A stretch of DNA of 58,929 bases from IMG/VR virus record IMGVR_UViG_3300033183_000056, positions 1 through 58,929 of that record. The stretch is one strand, 5' to 3'. The notes beneath the pieces were generated by a model. It searched no databases. It worked only from the letters and a program-made list of their open reading frames with translations, and had not been told where the DNA came from. Positions 49,701-58,929 of this stretch are shown here, piece by piece (position 1 is the stretch's first letter; each line of letters opens with the position of its first letter). Made by a program: the position numbers and the translations under genes. The DNA is from a virus (lineage: Duplodnaviria > Caudoviricetes).

Positions 49701-50593
49701 TCAGCACCGATTCTACCACGTGCAGTTATTTTTTTTCTAGGAACTACTGTGTCAGTTACATTTAAAGCCTTTGCTAAATATCTTGGAAGACCTAACATCA
49801 TTGATGCAGGTAATTCAATAGCAGTATTCTTAACAAACGCATCAAGATAATCTAGCAGATTAGGGTCATCGTATTCACCAGTTTCTGCTGCACGTCTTAC
49901 CAGTTTTTCACCTTCGTCATCTTCCATAAGCATATCAAAAAGATTATCACGAGGGTCTTCAACAATGGTTGTTGCCGCAGAGCCTGCAAGACCCATGCCT
50001 GCATATTTAGCATACCTACGACCTTTACGACCTAACTTTCTTTTAGCATTGGTTATGGTTGCTCTAACACCAGGAACTGCTTTACCAAGAGTTGTTGCAC
50101 CCTTTGCTACTTTAACAACACCTGTATATGGAATAAGATAAGAACCAATAGTGCCTGTAATATTTTCTGCACCTGCAATAAAACCTTCACCATGATATGG
50201 GTCAAATGTTTCACTTGCAAATTCTTTTACAGAATCTGGAACATATTCACCAACAGCATCAAGCATATTAGTAAATGGTTTTTCAATAAAATCTGGAGTA
50301 ATAGCACTTGCAAAACCTGCAACACCTTCATAGGTTTCACCTAATGCACGACCTACTGTACGCTCTGCTACATCAGGAACACCCCATACAACACCACGAC
50401 CACGAAAGTCTAGTTCACCTTTTTCTCCTGCTTCTATAAACTGTTTATTAGCAGCAATAAAATCATCAGGGTCAACACCAAGAAACTGTATAGTATCACG
50501 ATAGTTTTCCTTAGATAACAAACCTTCTCTTGCAAGACTGTTTAGTTTTTGCTTAGTTTCCTGAAATGTTTGAGAACGATAACTAATAGCCAT
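46736..50593 (-). CDS. Large internal virion / DNA ejection protein
   Basis: 1285 aa helical; YL.RSY, P.TH.RN, Y..EDD..K, MPNY..VP, F..FPAE..R. Confidence 0.7.
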   Translation of the reverse strand: MAISYRSQTFQETKQKLNSLAREGLLSKENYRDTIQFLGVDPDDFIAANKQFIEAGEKGELDFRGRGVVWGVPDVAERTVGRALGETYEGVAGFASAITPDFIEKPFTNMLDAVGEYVPDSVKEFASETFDPYHGEGFIAGAENITGTIGSYLIPYTGVVKVAKGATTLGKAVPGVRATITNAKRKLGRKGRRYAKYAGMGLAGSAATTIVEDPRDNLFDMLMEDDEGEKLVRRAAETGEYDDPNLLDYLDAFVKNTAIELPASMMLGLPRYLAKALNVTDTVVPRKKITARGRIGAEFSSTLGTDKDTANKIFLRKGEQKAAEIKTNALVQELKDVATDELGDWESSYKLINGALQYSDDALARAERRLEFFQNKEQRLIRELSQEVPGTIRHQKKTKILQKVREESIPLANNILNDLRRNKVDYDQIAQAGGRTKNIIDEMRTNLDDLSKYAIDNVVSNSLKVTFDNNLGTYLNRSYEVFDDANFRKALNKRFDEWRNGKTYNPTTGQLENVGNMPTDDVIEGVARHLQSMGTPADEIVETIREIIPKTADDAGFMEFIGARGIDKFPGTSKVLAKRGEFADPIKLMWGEVNDPLKNYSNTFSKLSLIKAENEFLTELAEEMVENGVAKRGMSEGIKDINLRDVGITRFGRVVGKGAAQQGKVKNPLDGIYVDPIYAKAIKDGFDEIMPDQGSALKYWMKAKGWSQNAKTVLSPATHGRNLIGNIFILTANGITPGVKSSAKALEQTAAFLANKTNRELADIAAEYARLGVTNSGVNVNIMRRNLNAIKKSGGEDWMDKTIATRGIKKTNNFLQNLYQAEDDMFKIIHFEETKKMLSKAYPNKNSKEIAELAAQRTRDLMPNYDAVPRALKKLRGQWFGSDFIAFPAEMARITKNLMKYTYADAMSGNKELQKAAAKRAAGTTVVGLGPAIWSADSRYINNISDEQEEGINNVVPSYEAFQDRIYLSGINKDKVGHVGVNYLNMGPLDPFAFMKSAAKGIIRASQSGSLTDEDAQKAALATFENAVGPFVSPSMITKAALDLIDGKTYFNEPGIMGKIQNGLSIAIGPLTPGVVNFFNKRYAYEQTKGDTWKIVSPLMGDFSNSENLPEGIGPGDFTISGYDQTFGGDVGIPAFFGLRNQRLDLTARAKYALQPSINKINNSSRIFTDGLKPINATKREIYDAYVKSQRQRLNGFQELKSINDSFGALFGEDYGREMVKALKFRTGDPVSKQTADLLNDTRQNIFRPGVPDYGRAEYYSGAPIPYDSILAFFKHINGTKIEED

Positions 50594-50608
50594 TACTGGT
50601 AAGTATCC

Positions 50609-52831
50609 TTATTCTTCATAAAACGCATCAGATTCGCCAATGGCTTTATTGCCAGATTGAGGTTTTGTTTGATTTAATATAGCACCTTCGGTTCCACCTT
50701 GAATACCAGTTTTCTTTAACTCAGAAGCAAATATTTCTCTAAATCTTGCATCAGCCAAAGCAGGGTCATTTCGTAAAGTATAACTGCTATTCATGTCATT
50801 GCTCCATAATTTTAAAGCAGTTGTTTTTGCACTTTCCAGTTTGTTAAGTTTTGTTGGGTCAGTCATACTAAGAATATCTGTACCTAATACAGAAGCCATA
50901 ATATTATTCATAGTAGTTTCTGATGGTGTTGAAATACCAGAACCCCATTCACCAAGTTTAATCTTAGATTCAATATCATCTTGAATTGCTTTTTGAACTG
51001 ACAAAATATCTGCAAGTTGTTGACGTTCTGCAGTAGTACGTGCCTCACCAACATCTGCTTCACCTTTAAGCAGCGCAAGTTTTTCTGCTTGTGTTTTTTC
51101 ACCAAGCTCACCCTCTTGTGCAACAAGTTCACCAACCCTTGCAAGCGGCTTTTCACCAGCCTGTGCAATCTGTGCAAGCAAACCTTTAGTTGTGTCAGCA
51201 CCAAGAAGACTGCGACCAAACTCTGCAAGTTGTAAATACTTTTGCTTTTTAAGTTCTTCCTTGCGTTCAGATTCTTTCTTACCAAGACCTTCTCTAAGAG
51301 TTTTAAGTTCTGCCTGATATGCTTTCATCTCAGGAGAAAGAGTTTCTCTACCTTGGATTTTCTTTAAGGCTTGTTCAAGTAATGTCAATTCTTCTTTTTG
51401 TTCATCTTTAGAAGGAGATGGAATAATCTCTGGTTTAGGCGGTGGAGCCATAACCGTACCTGAAGGTGGTTGAGGACCTTTAGTAGTAGTAGATGCTCCT
51501 GTAGGTGCTTGAGATGTCATAGTCTCAACAGCCTTAGTAACAACTTCAGGTGTTATTTCTTCTGTTGTAGTTGTAACTTTTGGTTGAGCCTGCATTGTAG
51601 ATGGAATAATAATATCTGTTTCTTCTGGCGGACCAAACAACATTGTACCAATATCACGGTCTTCACCAATAGTCAAAGGCTTTTCTGTTGTTGCAACAAT
51701 ACCAGATTCTGCTACACCTTCTTCATCTACATTCATAAGATTAGCACGAACAAGTCCTGAAGCAGGAGACTTTGCAAGTGTGTTATCGTCCTTTACACGA
51801 TACCATTCACCATCTTTAAATTCGTACTGTGTTTCTTTACCAAATTTAGAAATAACTCTACGCTCACCTTGTTGGAAAGGTAATACAGGACCTGCTTCTT
51901 GTAATCGAACAGTACCACCTTCTTTAAATCCACCGAAGGCTCCTGCAAGACCTGCAATACCAGTACCAATACCAAGAATATTTTGTGCTAGGCTTGCTGG
52001 TGGAGCAATATAGGATGATGTACTATAAGTAGAAGGCGTGTAAGGAAAGCCACGAATAATAGACTGATATTCTTGTAGTGTTTGAGTTGGATACATCTGC
52101 TCTTCTTGGAACTGTGAGTAGCCAAGGTCAAGCGCACGTTGTGCCATCTGTTGACGTTCAGAACCAAGGGCTTGCAATGCACCAATTTCTTTGAGAGCCT
52201 GTGCAGGAAGAGCAGCACCCATCTGTGACAACGTACCTGCTGCACCACGTTCACGTGCTTTTTGTGCTTCAAAAGCGGTTTGCGCACGGTCATAGGCAGA
52301 CTGAAGACCACGTGTTTGAATGTCACCTAACTGTTGCTGTAGATTGCGGCCTGCTTCTGCTTCAAGAATAGCCTGACGAGAACCACCAAAGCCACCTGCA
52401 CGTGCAGCCTGCGCACCAATCTGTTGCATCTGTGGTGCAAAACTACGCATAGCCTCACGCTTTTCAACGTCAATAACGGCTTGCTGATATGGTGACATAT
52501 ATTGTGCGGCTTGTGGCGCACCAAACTGTTCTGCTTGGCCTAGTGTAAGACCAAGAGCAGGCGTGTAATAAGTTTGTGCCGAAGACAGATAAGGACTTGC
52601 AGCAACGCCTCTACCAGCAAATTCACGAATGGCTTGCTGTGATGCTAACTGTTCAGGTTCAAATTCAGCAATACGTGGGCCTGTATAAGCCTGATAGCCT
52701 TCTTCTTCCTTACGCTCCATCTGTCCTTTGGCACGTTCCAGAATATCTGTAACATACGGACGAAGTTCGGTAGGGAACTCCGAAGTCGTTGTTTGTGTAG
52801 TTGCTGCAGGTTGTCCGCCACCTTTACTCAT
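50609..52831 (-). CDS. Internal virion / DNA transfer protein
   Basis: YMSPYQQ.V, AGGFGGSR, Q/A-rich helices. Confidence 0.7.
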   Translation of the reverse strand: MSKGGGQPAATTQTTTSEFPTELRPYVTDILERAKGQMERKEEEGYQAYTGPRIAEFEPEQLASQQAIREFAGRGVAASPYLSSAQTYYTPALGLTLGQAEQFGAPQAAQYMSPYQQAVIDVEKREAMRSFAPQMQQIGAQAARAGGFGGSRQAILEAEAGRNLQQQLGDIQTRGLQSAYDRAQTAFEAQKARERGAAGTLSQMGAALPAQALKEIGALQALGSERQQMAQRALDLGYSQFQEEQMYPTQTLQEYQSIIRGFPYTPSTYSTSSYIAPPASLAQNILGIGTGIAGLAGAFGGFKEGGTVRLQEAGPVLPFQQGERRVISKFGKETQYEFKDGEWYRVKDDNTLAKSPASGLVRANLMNVDEEGVAESGIVATTEKPLTIGEDRDIGTMLFGPPEETDIIIPSTMQAQPKVTTTTEEITPEVVTKAVETMTSQAPTGASTTTKGPQPPSGTVMAPPPKPEIIPSPSKDEQKEELTLLEQALKKIQGRETLSPEMKAYQAELKTLREGLGKKESERKEELKKQKYLQLAEFGRSLLGADTTKGLLAQIAQAGEKPLARVGELVAQEGELGEKTQAEKLALLKGEADVGEARTTAERQQLADILSVQKAIQDDIESKIKLGEWGSGISTPSETTMNNIMASVLGTDILSMTDPTKLNKLESAKTTALKLWSNDMNSSYTLRNDPALADARFREIFASELKKTGIQGGTEGAILNQTKPQSGNKAIGESDAFYEE

Positions 52832-53240
52832 CTTTTACTTCCTTTGTTACTATATAGTGAGTTTGTTTATACCCACGTGTTTCTAACTTTTTTATCCAGC
52901 CTTTGCGTCCTACTATTTCTATTCTGTCACATTCCTGCGACCTTGCAAATCTTTCAAATATTTCAGTATCAACCCAACTATCTATATCCTTACCACCCAT
53001 CAGCACAATACGCAGTGCTTTTCTTTTCTGATATGGTAGTATTTCTGTAACAGCAGCGTAGACTATTTCCTTTGGGTTATAACCTACAAACAGTTGCATC
53101 GTACTATTAAGAAGACGTGACAACACAAAGTTACTGTCAAAGTCTCCATCATTAAAATCAATGGCTCGTTGTAGCATAGGCTTTACAACAGGCCAAACAA
53201 GGTCAACATCATTGACCCCAACTAGAGTTTCATCAAGCAT
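52824..53240 (-). CDS. GNAT-like virion assembly protein
   Basis: C..IE..GRKGW.K.L..GY motif; between ejection genes. Confidence 0.6.
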   Translation of the reverse strand: MLDETLVGVNDVDLVWPVVKPMLQRAIDFNDGDFDSNFVLSRLLNSTMQLFVGYNPKEIVYAAVTEILPYQKRKALRIVLMGGKDIDSWVDTEIFERFARSQECDRIEIVGRKGWIKKLETRGYKQTHYIVTKEVKDE

Positions 53241-54474
53241 ATGATTTGGCTATTTTCTTTCCGTTAATCTGGTTAGGTTGTTTCTTTTTGCCAAACGCTT
53301 TCTTGCGAACCTCTTCCCTAAATTCGTCAAGTATTCTTGCTCCTGCATCTGAAGAGCCATTACCAAGTGCAGATACCGTATAAGCATCTATAACATATTC
53401 ATCAGGACTTAGCAGTGCCGTATCAATGTTACCACCGCCCTTAACACGGAAGGCTACATTATCTGACATACCATCACCACGTCCACTATCTTCTACCATA
53501 CCTGCAAAGCGACCACCACCGTTAGTGCTTGCAGCATTTTCAATCATCTTACCACCCTCATTACGTGGTACTGTTTTAAATGTTGCAGGTGTATATCTGT
53601 ATTTAAAGAACTGCAATGGGTCTACACCCTGCGCACCTTGTGAAATAAATGCTTGCTTAATCCGTTCTTGTGTCAATGGTTCATCTTTGTAAAGATATTC
53701 CATGCTTTCTTCACGAGGACGGTCAACTACAAGTCGTTCATCCTTTTTTATTTCTGGCATCTTAGGCTTATCATACACACCTGCAAGAGTTGCCGCAAGA
53801 GGTGTAGCGGCTTCTGCCCCTGCTACTTTATAAAGTGTTTCTCCAGTAAGAGGTGCTATAGTTTCACCAGCCGCTTTACCCATCAATGCTTTTTGTACAG
53901 GAGTAACAGTGGCTTTAGGACCACCGATTGCTTCTATTCCTTTAGCAAATAAAGATGGTGTTGGTTTTGTCATTTGGTCTATATAAATTTGTTCAGTAAA
54001 CTTTTGAGACGCAAGTCCAGGGTCTACTCCAACTCTTGCTGCCGCAACAGCATCTGGAGCCGCTGCTTTAGCCGCTTCAATAGCCTTATCAGTTGGTGGA
54101 GTTGCACCACCAATCATGCCTGCAATCTTAGCACCACCAAATGCCATCAGACCATCCATAGCGGCACGACCAATGTCACCTCTGTTTGCAGCCAAAGACG
54201 CACCACCAGCGGCAAGAGCCATTTGTAATGGTGTTAATGTACCACCAGATGCAATGTTCAAACCTGTAGCAACCAATGTCGGTAGAATATCTTTAAGTTT
54301 AAACGCTTCAGGCAAACCTGTTGATGGGTTGACAGTCAACTGGCCCATAGACTGTAGTGCAGCAACCTCTGGCCTTGTCATGTGTACAAGTTCTGTATCT
54401 CCCATACGACCTTTCATAGCCAGTAAATTGGCTAATCCAGATTTAGGTGCTTGCTTGTTGATTAAATATGCCAT
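53233..54474 (-). CDS. Internal virion protein
   Basis: GRMGDT.LVH..NP.TGLPE; C-terminal G.GDGMSD..LS.DEYV..A..VSALGNGSS.AG. Confidence 0.65.
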   Translation of the reverse strand: MAYLINKQAPKSGLANLLAMKGRMGDTELVHMTRPEVAALQSMGQLTVNPSTGLPEAFKLKDILPTLVATGLNIASGGTLTPLQMALAAGGASLAANRGDIGRAAMDGLMAFGGAKIAGMIGGATPPTDKAIEAAKAAAPDAVAAARVGVDPGLASQKFTEQIYIDQMTKPTPSLFAKGIEAIGGPKATVTPVQKALMGKAAGETIAPLTGETLYKVAGAEAATPLAATLAGVYDKPKMPEIKKDERLVVDRPREESMEYLYKDEPLTQERIKQAFISQGAQGVDPLQFFKYRYTPATFKTVPRNEGGKMIENAASTNGGGRFAGMVEDSGRGDGMSDNVAFRVKGGGNIDTALLSPDEYVIDAYTVSALGNGSSDAGARILDEFREEVRKKAFGKKKQPNQINGKKIAKSYA

Positions 54475-54475
54475 A

Positions 54476-54688
54476 TTACATTACCTTATTTGGCGTCATA
54501 TAGTTTGATTGCGCCTTTGTATTATCCGCTTGAAAATTACTAATATTATTATACACCGAATTTTGCTGTAATGCCAGCCCCGAATTGGCTTTTTTACCAA
54601 AGTAATCTTTTGGTTGAGCAATACCGCTATTAACATTTGTAATAAATGTACCGTTATTCAGCAAATCAAAATACTTTTTGTTATCCAT
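54476..54688 (-). CDS. Hypothetical protein
   Basis: ATG at 54688 overlaps the upstream stop. Confidence 0.5.
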   Translation of the reverse strand: MDNKKYFDLLNNGTFITNVNSGIAQPKDYFGKKANSGLALQQNSVYNNISNFQADNTKAQSNYMTPNKVM

Positions 54689-54957
54689 TAGTTTAAATCC
54701 ACCCATCCTGTGCTGCTTACATAGCCTTTAAATTTCTCTTCACCCTTAGAATAGGCTATATCACCAGGGTTTGGTCTACCAATTTCTGTAACAGTAACAA
54801 CTGCATAGACTTTTGTTGAAGGTCTTGCATCTACTACATTATCTCTTAGGTCTAGTTCCTGTGCTAACTGATTAGCCCAAGACATAATTGTGTCATATAC
54901 TTGTTGTGGGCTTGCATCTCTTGGTAAGTAGATAGGCAGGTTAGGATAGTTAGCCAT
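54688..54957 (-). CDS. Small tail-module protein
   Basis: GDIAY..FKGY...GWVDL. Confidence 0.6.
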   Translation of the reverse strand: MANYPNLPIYLPRDASPQQVYDTIMSWANQLAQELDLRDNVVDARPSTKVYAVVTVTEIGRPNPGDIAYSKGEEKFKGYVSSTGWVDLN

Positions 54958-56837
54958 TAACGCTCACCATCAGGTTGTAATGCAACACGCATAGAACCCC
55001 AACGCCATGAACCACTATTAGTACCTGACACACGAACAGATGCTTGTCTGCCTCTTGCTCTAAAGTTTATCTTTTTTGTTGTGTCAAATATTTGATATGG
55101 TCCTTTAATTATGTCAGAAGAAGCAGGATATTCGTTTGTTTTAATATATACTTCTACAGAGTTACCTGCATCAAAACTATAATCAGGAATGATACGATTC
55201 ATAAACATTATGTTATCACCATCATCAATATCTAATTTAGCAGATTCAAGGAAAGATGACAAGGCTTTTCCATCTCCAGTATAAATACCATCAGGTTCAT
55301 TATCCCACAAGTATTGACTTGCAGTAGCAGATACAGCACCAGTAGTAATTGTATTATCAAAAATCTTTCTGTCTCTAAACGTAGTAAAGAATGAATCACC
55401 ATAGACCCATGTTCTTTCTTCTACATTATAAATAATATATGCGTTAGGTTCAGTAGAGTTTGCTTTTGGATATAACCAGATAATTTCTTTAAACTCTGAG
55501 TTTACACCTGCATATACTTTATCTTTATTTGTCATGTTAAAGTCATCGTACAAGTATCTACGAACTGTACATGGCAGGTTTCTTACACGACCATCAAAAG
55601 CATAAAAGTTATTGTCACCCATCCAGTATGAAATACCATCATAGTCAACTGCAGCATGGGGGCCAATAAGACCACATTTTGTACCTACTTGTTGAAAGTT
55701 AAAAATAAATGGTGGACCTACAAACTGCTGTGTATACATAGCATTGTCTGTCCAGATATGAATAGAGTTACGTGAACGTGTAGCACCTATAATTTCTGTA
55801 CCGTCAGCAAGAATAGTCTCACCTGATGTAGTATTAATAGATGGTTGCCAATTTGTAAAGTCTTCTTGGTCTGACCAACGTACCAGCATAGAGTTAAATG
55901 TACCAGTAGCATATTCATTTGTTGCATAACAAATAACGTGTCTATCATTAGGTGACACAATAAGAAAGTTAGATTGACTTGGTGCATCAGTTGCAGTAAT
56001 GTATGGCGCAGCAGTAGAACTTGTTACAGGCTTCATACGTTCTGGTGTAGTAGATATATCTACATCAAGATAGTAAATATTACCGCCACGTCTTAAACCA
56101 ATAACGTCCTCACCCCAGTTGTCAAAGGTCCATTGTGCGCCTCTAAATGTAAAGCCAGATTCAGATGCTTCGTCATTCCATGCACGTTGTCCTGTAATAG
56201 ATGCACCTGCTTGAAATGTTGCAGCACCATAACCAAGACCTTGAATACTATCTGACAATTGGTTTTCTAAAAGAAATGCTACCGATACAGCAGTACCACC
56301 TGCCGTTGCAGAAGTATCTGTTGCAGTAACATCTGAAGTAATAGTAAAGTTATTAATGTCTGGCGCAGTTACAACCGCAAAGATTGGACCACCTGCAGTA
56401 GAGGATGTAAGTACAATGTTACCACCAATTGTAGCAGCAGCTTGAATAATAATACGGTCACCAGATTCAACGCCGTGGTTTGTAATGTTTACTGATACTG
56501 TAGTAGAACCTGCATTTGTAGAGAAAACATCAGATGCAGAAACAACTGACACAATAGGAGTGACATCATAAAGTGTAGAATCTTTTTCTACATAAACTTG
56601 TTCATTAGTACCAAGAATAAGATGCTTACGTGTATCATTATCTGCCCATTGTAATACGTCACGAGGAATACCATTTAATGCTTCTGTATTATGTTTTTGA
56701 TAACCACGAATGTTTTCTGGTTTACCTTCACGAAACCTTACACGGTTACCATCATACCATTTACCTTCTTCTGCATATTGTGTAGATTCCCTATGAAATC
56801 CGGGAAGAAAATTTAATTTAGCATATTTAGTTGCCAT
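54957..56837 (-). CDS. Tail nozzle / stabilisation protein (P22 gp10-like)
   Basis: VRFR.G.PE, W.FDNWGED, VRWSDQE, CGLI, EI.W.YP, R.RGRQ, PDG.R. Confidence 0.75.
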   Translation of the reverse strand: MATKYAKLNFLPGFHRESTQYAEEGKWYDGNRVRFREGKPENIRGYQKHNTEALNGIPRDVLQWADNDTRKHLILGTNEQVYVEKDSTLYDVTPIVSVVSASDVFSTNAGSTTVSVNITNHGVESGDRIIIQAAATIGGNIVLTSSTAGGPIFAVVTAPDINNFTITSDVTATDTSATAGGTAVSVAFLLENQLSDSIQGLGYGAATFQAGASITGQRAWNDEASESGFTFRGAQWTFDNWGEDVIGLRRGGNIYYLDVDISTTPERMKPVTSSTAAPYITATDAPSQSNFLIVSPNDRHVICYATNEYATGTFNSMLVRWSDQEDFTNWQPSINTTSGETILADGTEIIGATRSRNSIHIWTDNAMYTQQFVGPPFIFNFQQVGTKCGLIGPHAAVDYDGISYWMGDNNFYAFDGRVRNLPCTVRRYLYDDFNMTNKDKVYAGVNSEFKEIIWLYPKANSTEPNAYIIYNVEERTWVYGDSFFTTFRDRKIFDNTITTGAVSATASQYLWDNEPDGIYTGDGKALSSFLESAKLDIDDGDNIMFMNRIIPDYSFDAGNSVEVYIKTNEYPASSDIIKGPYQIFDTTKKINFRARGRQASVRVSGTNSGSWRWGSMRVALQPDGER

Positions 56838-57979
56838 TAAGCGTTCTCCCCATTATAAAAATCTGAAAAAGAAATTACACCAGAAGTTGGAACATCTTGA
56901 TTAATATCTTGATATTCTTTCGGGTCCATCCATATAAACACAATTCCCGGTGCGCCTAATGAACCAGTACCGTCACTGTTGTTTTGTTTCTGACCGCCCT
57001 GACCCCATCCACCACTACCAGTAGTTAGCGCACCTGTGCTACTATTAAATGACAAATCTGTATATCCAGAATGGCTACGGTATCCATTTGAAGTATGACC
57101 ACTCCATGTAGTAGTACTTGTAATAAGACTGTTTAATGCAGAATCACCCCAACCACTAGGTACAGTTGTTCCTGCAGAACCCCACCAAAAACCATCAGCA
57201 CCGCTATAGGCTGCTACTTCGGTGCATCCACCAGTTGCATATGCAGGACCACCAAGAGTTCTATTACGGCTATTAACTTGTGGTGCGCTAGATGTACCCT
57301 GATTCCAAATCCAAGAGAAAGGTGAATACTGTCCACCCAATGCTCTAACAGTAAATGCTGTACCACTGCTATTAGTTCCAGTTACTCGTGATGTACCACC
57401 ACCACCTGAACCACCATCATTTCCAGAACCATCATTTGAACCTAAAGGTTGTCCACTTGGCATACCACCAGCATACCATGTTAAAACTGCTCCACTAGAA
57501 ACTGAGGCTGTAGCATACACAGCACCACCACCAGCACCGTTGTCACCACCTTCACCACCCCAATAAGAACTGGACGCACCACCACCAACACAAATAATGT
57601 GAACAGTTCCTGCATAGGGAGCAGTCCATGTTCCATTGTTTTGGCTAGTAAATGTAGGATACAAGTTATCAGGTTGGCTTTCACTAATCAAACTTCCATC
57701 TGATAAGTACCTATCTGCTCCAGCCAAAGTACTAAGAGATGATGGTTCTGCAGACGTTCCTTGATATACTTGAAGATTGTTTGGAAGACTACCACCCTGC
57801 CACTTTGGAGCATATGTACCAGAAAGAGTTGAAAGATTACTGCCTGTTGCATCAATAATTTTTTGACTAGGAACAAGCCCACCATCTCTATAAAATTCAC
57901 TTATAGAGTTTGGTTGGGTATCGCTAAATTCTGTTGCTATATCGTTTAAAGAAATAGGACCAGAAGCAGGTAACACCAT
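56837..57979 (-). CDS. Glycine-rich tail protein (possible adhesin)
   Basis: LP.SG.IS..DI..EF start, VGGG/GGGG tracts, P.SG.IS.SDFY end. Confidence 0.6.
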   Translation of the reverse strand: MVLPASGPISLNDIATEFSDTQPNSISEFYRDGGLVPSQKIIDATGSNLSTLSGTYAPKWQGGSLPNNLQVYQGTSAEPSSLSTLAGADRYLSDGSLISESQPDNLYPTFTSQNNGTWTAPYAGTVHIICVGGGASSSYWGGEGGDNGAGGGAVYATASVSSGAVLTWYAGGMPSGQPLGSNDGSGNDGGSGGGGTSRVTGTNSSGTAFTVRALGGQYSPFSWIWNQGTSSAPQVNSRNRTLGGPAYATGGCTEVAAYSGADGFWWGSAGTTVPSGWGDSALNSLITSTTTWSGHTSNGYRSHSGYTDLSFNSSTGALTTGSGGWGQGGQKQNNSDGTGSLGAPGIVFIWMDPKEYQDINQDVPTSGVISFSDFYNGENA

Positions 57980-57989
57980 GTTATTATTC

Positions 57990-58616
57990 CTATGCCGTTG
58001 TTACAGTTGCGTATGCTGTTATATTACCTATTACAGATAAGTTTCCACTTGAATCCAATTTCATTTTGCTGTCACCGCCTGTCTGAAAGAAAAGATTACC
58101 ACCACTTTCTACTACAGTCCAGTTAGCAAAATTATAGTTTGTTGCAGAAATAACACTTGTTGTAATACTTGTTGCAGTAAAGATATTAGCAGTAAAAGCA
58201 GATACAGATGTAGGTGCTTCTACTTTATAAATTTCTGTACCGTCACAAGCAACCATAACATTAGTTCCTTGTGGGATTTCTACTGCAGTACCACCCGCAG
58301 TTTTTACTTTTGTTACAAAACTACCAGTTGTGTTTTCACGTACAAAATAAAGTTTCTCTTGAGAAGGAATAGTAATAGTTACATCTGCTGTTAATGTACC
58401 TGCAAGTTCAAGAGACATATTTCTTGCTTCATCTGTTGCACCATCATTAGATGTAAGAGATACAGGTATGCTACTTACTGATACAATAGCATAGCCAGCA
58501 ACTGCTTCATCAACTAAGTCAATAACATTCTGGTTCATAATCAAACCCCAAGAGTTTGGATTTTCCCCATCAGCTTGTTTTTCTAATCGTATTCTTGATG
58601 TATATGTAGATGCCAT
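57990..58616 (-). CDS. Tail / fibre-base protein
   Basis: MASTY..LE.Q.DGEN..WG..N motif. Confidence 0.6.
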   Translation of the reverse strand: MASTYTSRIRLEKQADGENPNSWGLIMNQNVIDLVDEAVAGYAIVSVSSIPVSLTSNDGATDEARNMSLELAGTLTADVTITIPSQEKLYFVRENTTGSFVTKVKTAGGTAVEIPQGTNVMVACDGTEIYKVEAPTSVSAFTANIFTATSITTSVISATNYNFANWTVVESGGNLFFQTGGDSKMKLDSSGNLSVIGNITAYATVTTA

Positions 58617-58655
58617 TTATCTCTTCCTATAATTGAAATTTCTTTATATTATATA

Positions 58656-58889
58656 CTACTTTATTCTTTCAGACAATATTTTGTCAAGTTTATCTTCTAC
58701 TCTATGCAAAGCTTCCATGACACGATTCATATCGTCACGAAGTTCCATCTTAGTTGCATAGTCTTCACGTGTTCTATTTACTAAGATACCAACACGTTTG
58801 ACTTCCGCACTAACGCTACCAAGAATCCAGCCACCACCTGCAATGATGACGCTAAGAAGTGTATCAATCAGGTGTGATATTTCCATCAC
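58656..58889 (-). CDS. Small membrane / coiled-coil protein
   Basis: N-terminal TM, RTRE.Y..K.E, R.EDKLD. Confidence 0.6.
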   Translation of the reverse strand: MMEISHLIDTLLSVIIAGGGWILGSVSAEVKRVGILVNRTREDYATKMELRDDMNRVMEALHRVEDKLDKILSERIK

Positions 58890-58929
58890 TCAGCCTCTTC
58901 AATCACCAGTTCGCCAGCCTCAACCTGAC
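58789..58929. repeat. Terminal overlap identical to 1-141
   Basis: Exact match. Confidence 0.97.

Noticed and set aside
1-58929. Stop-codon reassignment or intron/intein-split core genes
   Set aside because: TerL, portal, PolA, primase and RNR are uninterrupted and of normal length in the standard code

Overview
The window is an apparently complete, circularly assembled genome of a lytic marine-type podophage (about 58,788 bp; bases 1-141 repeat exactly at 58789-58929). The host is probably an alphaproteobacterium (inference). The minus-strand late arm runs 21174->1 and wraps to 58889->44009. It encodes TerL, portal, a GroES-like co-chaperonin, scaffold, major capsid, adaptors, a run of basic microproteins, four tail-fibre genes, nozzle, ejection proteins, lysozyme and holin. 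The plus-strand arm (22306-44074) carries small early ORFs, an HhH glycosylase-like protein, an HNH nuclease, a C5 methyltransferase, a DenV-like glycosylase, MazG, a T7-like primase-helicase/PolA/SSB/endonuclease set, a class II RNR, a glycosylation operon and TerS. I see no RNA polymerase, integrase or reverse transcriptase. The most notable signals are: (1) a GT plus GT-methyltransferase-Maf three-domain glycosylation operon; (2) two homologous perfect-promoter/repeat elements facing each other 6.5 kb apart; (3) a recurring xxGGx[VIML] peptide in many unrelated late proteins; (4) a 23-bp inverted repeat enclosing a small early ORF; (5) structured RNA candidates after the RNR gene, including a tRNA-like RNA with no anticodon arm; (6) phased 21-bp and 19-bp repeat arrays in the large non-coding region. 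Family assignments come from motif recognition by eye, not from database searches.
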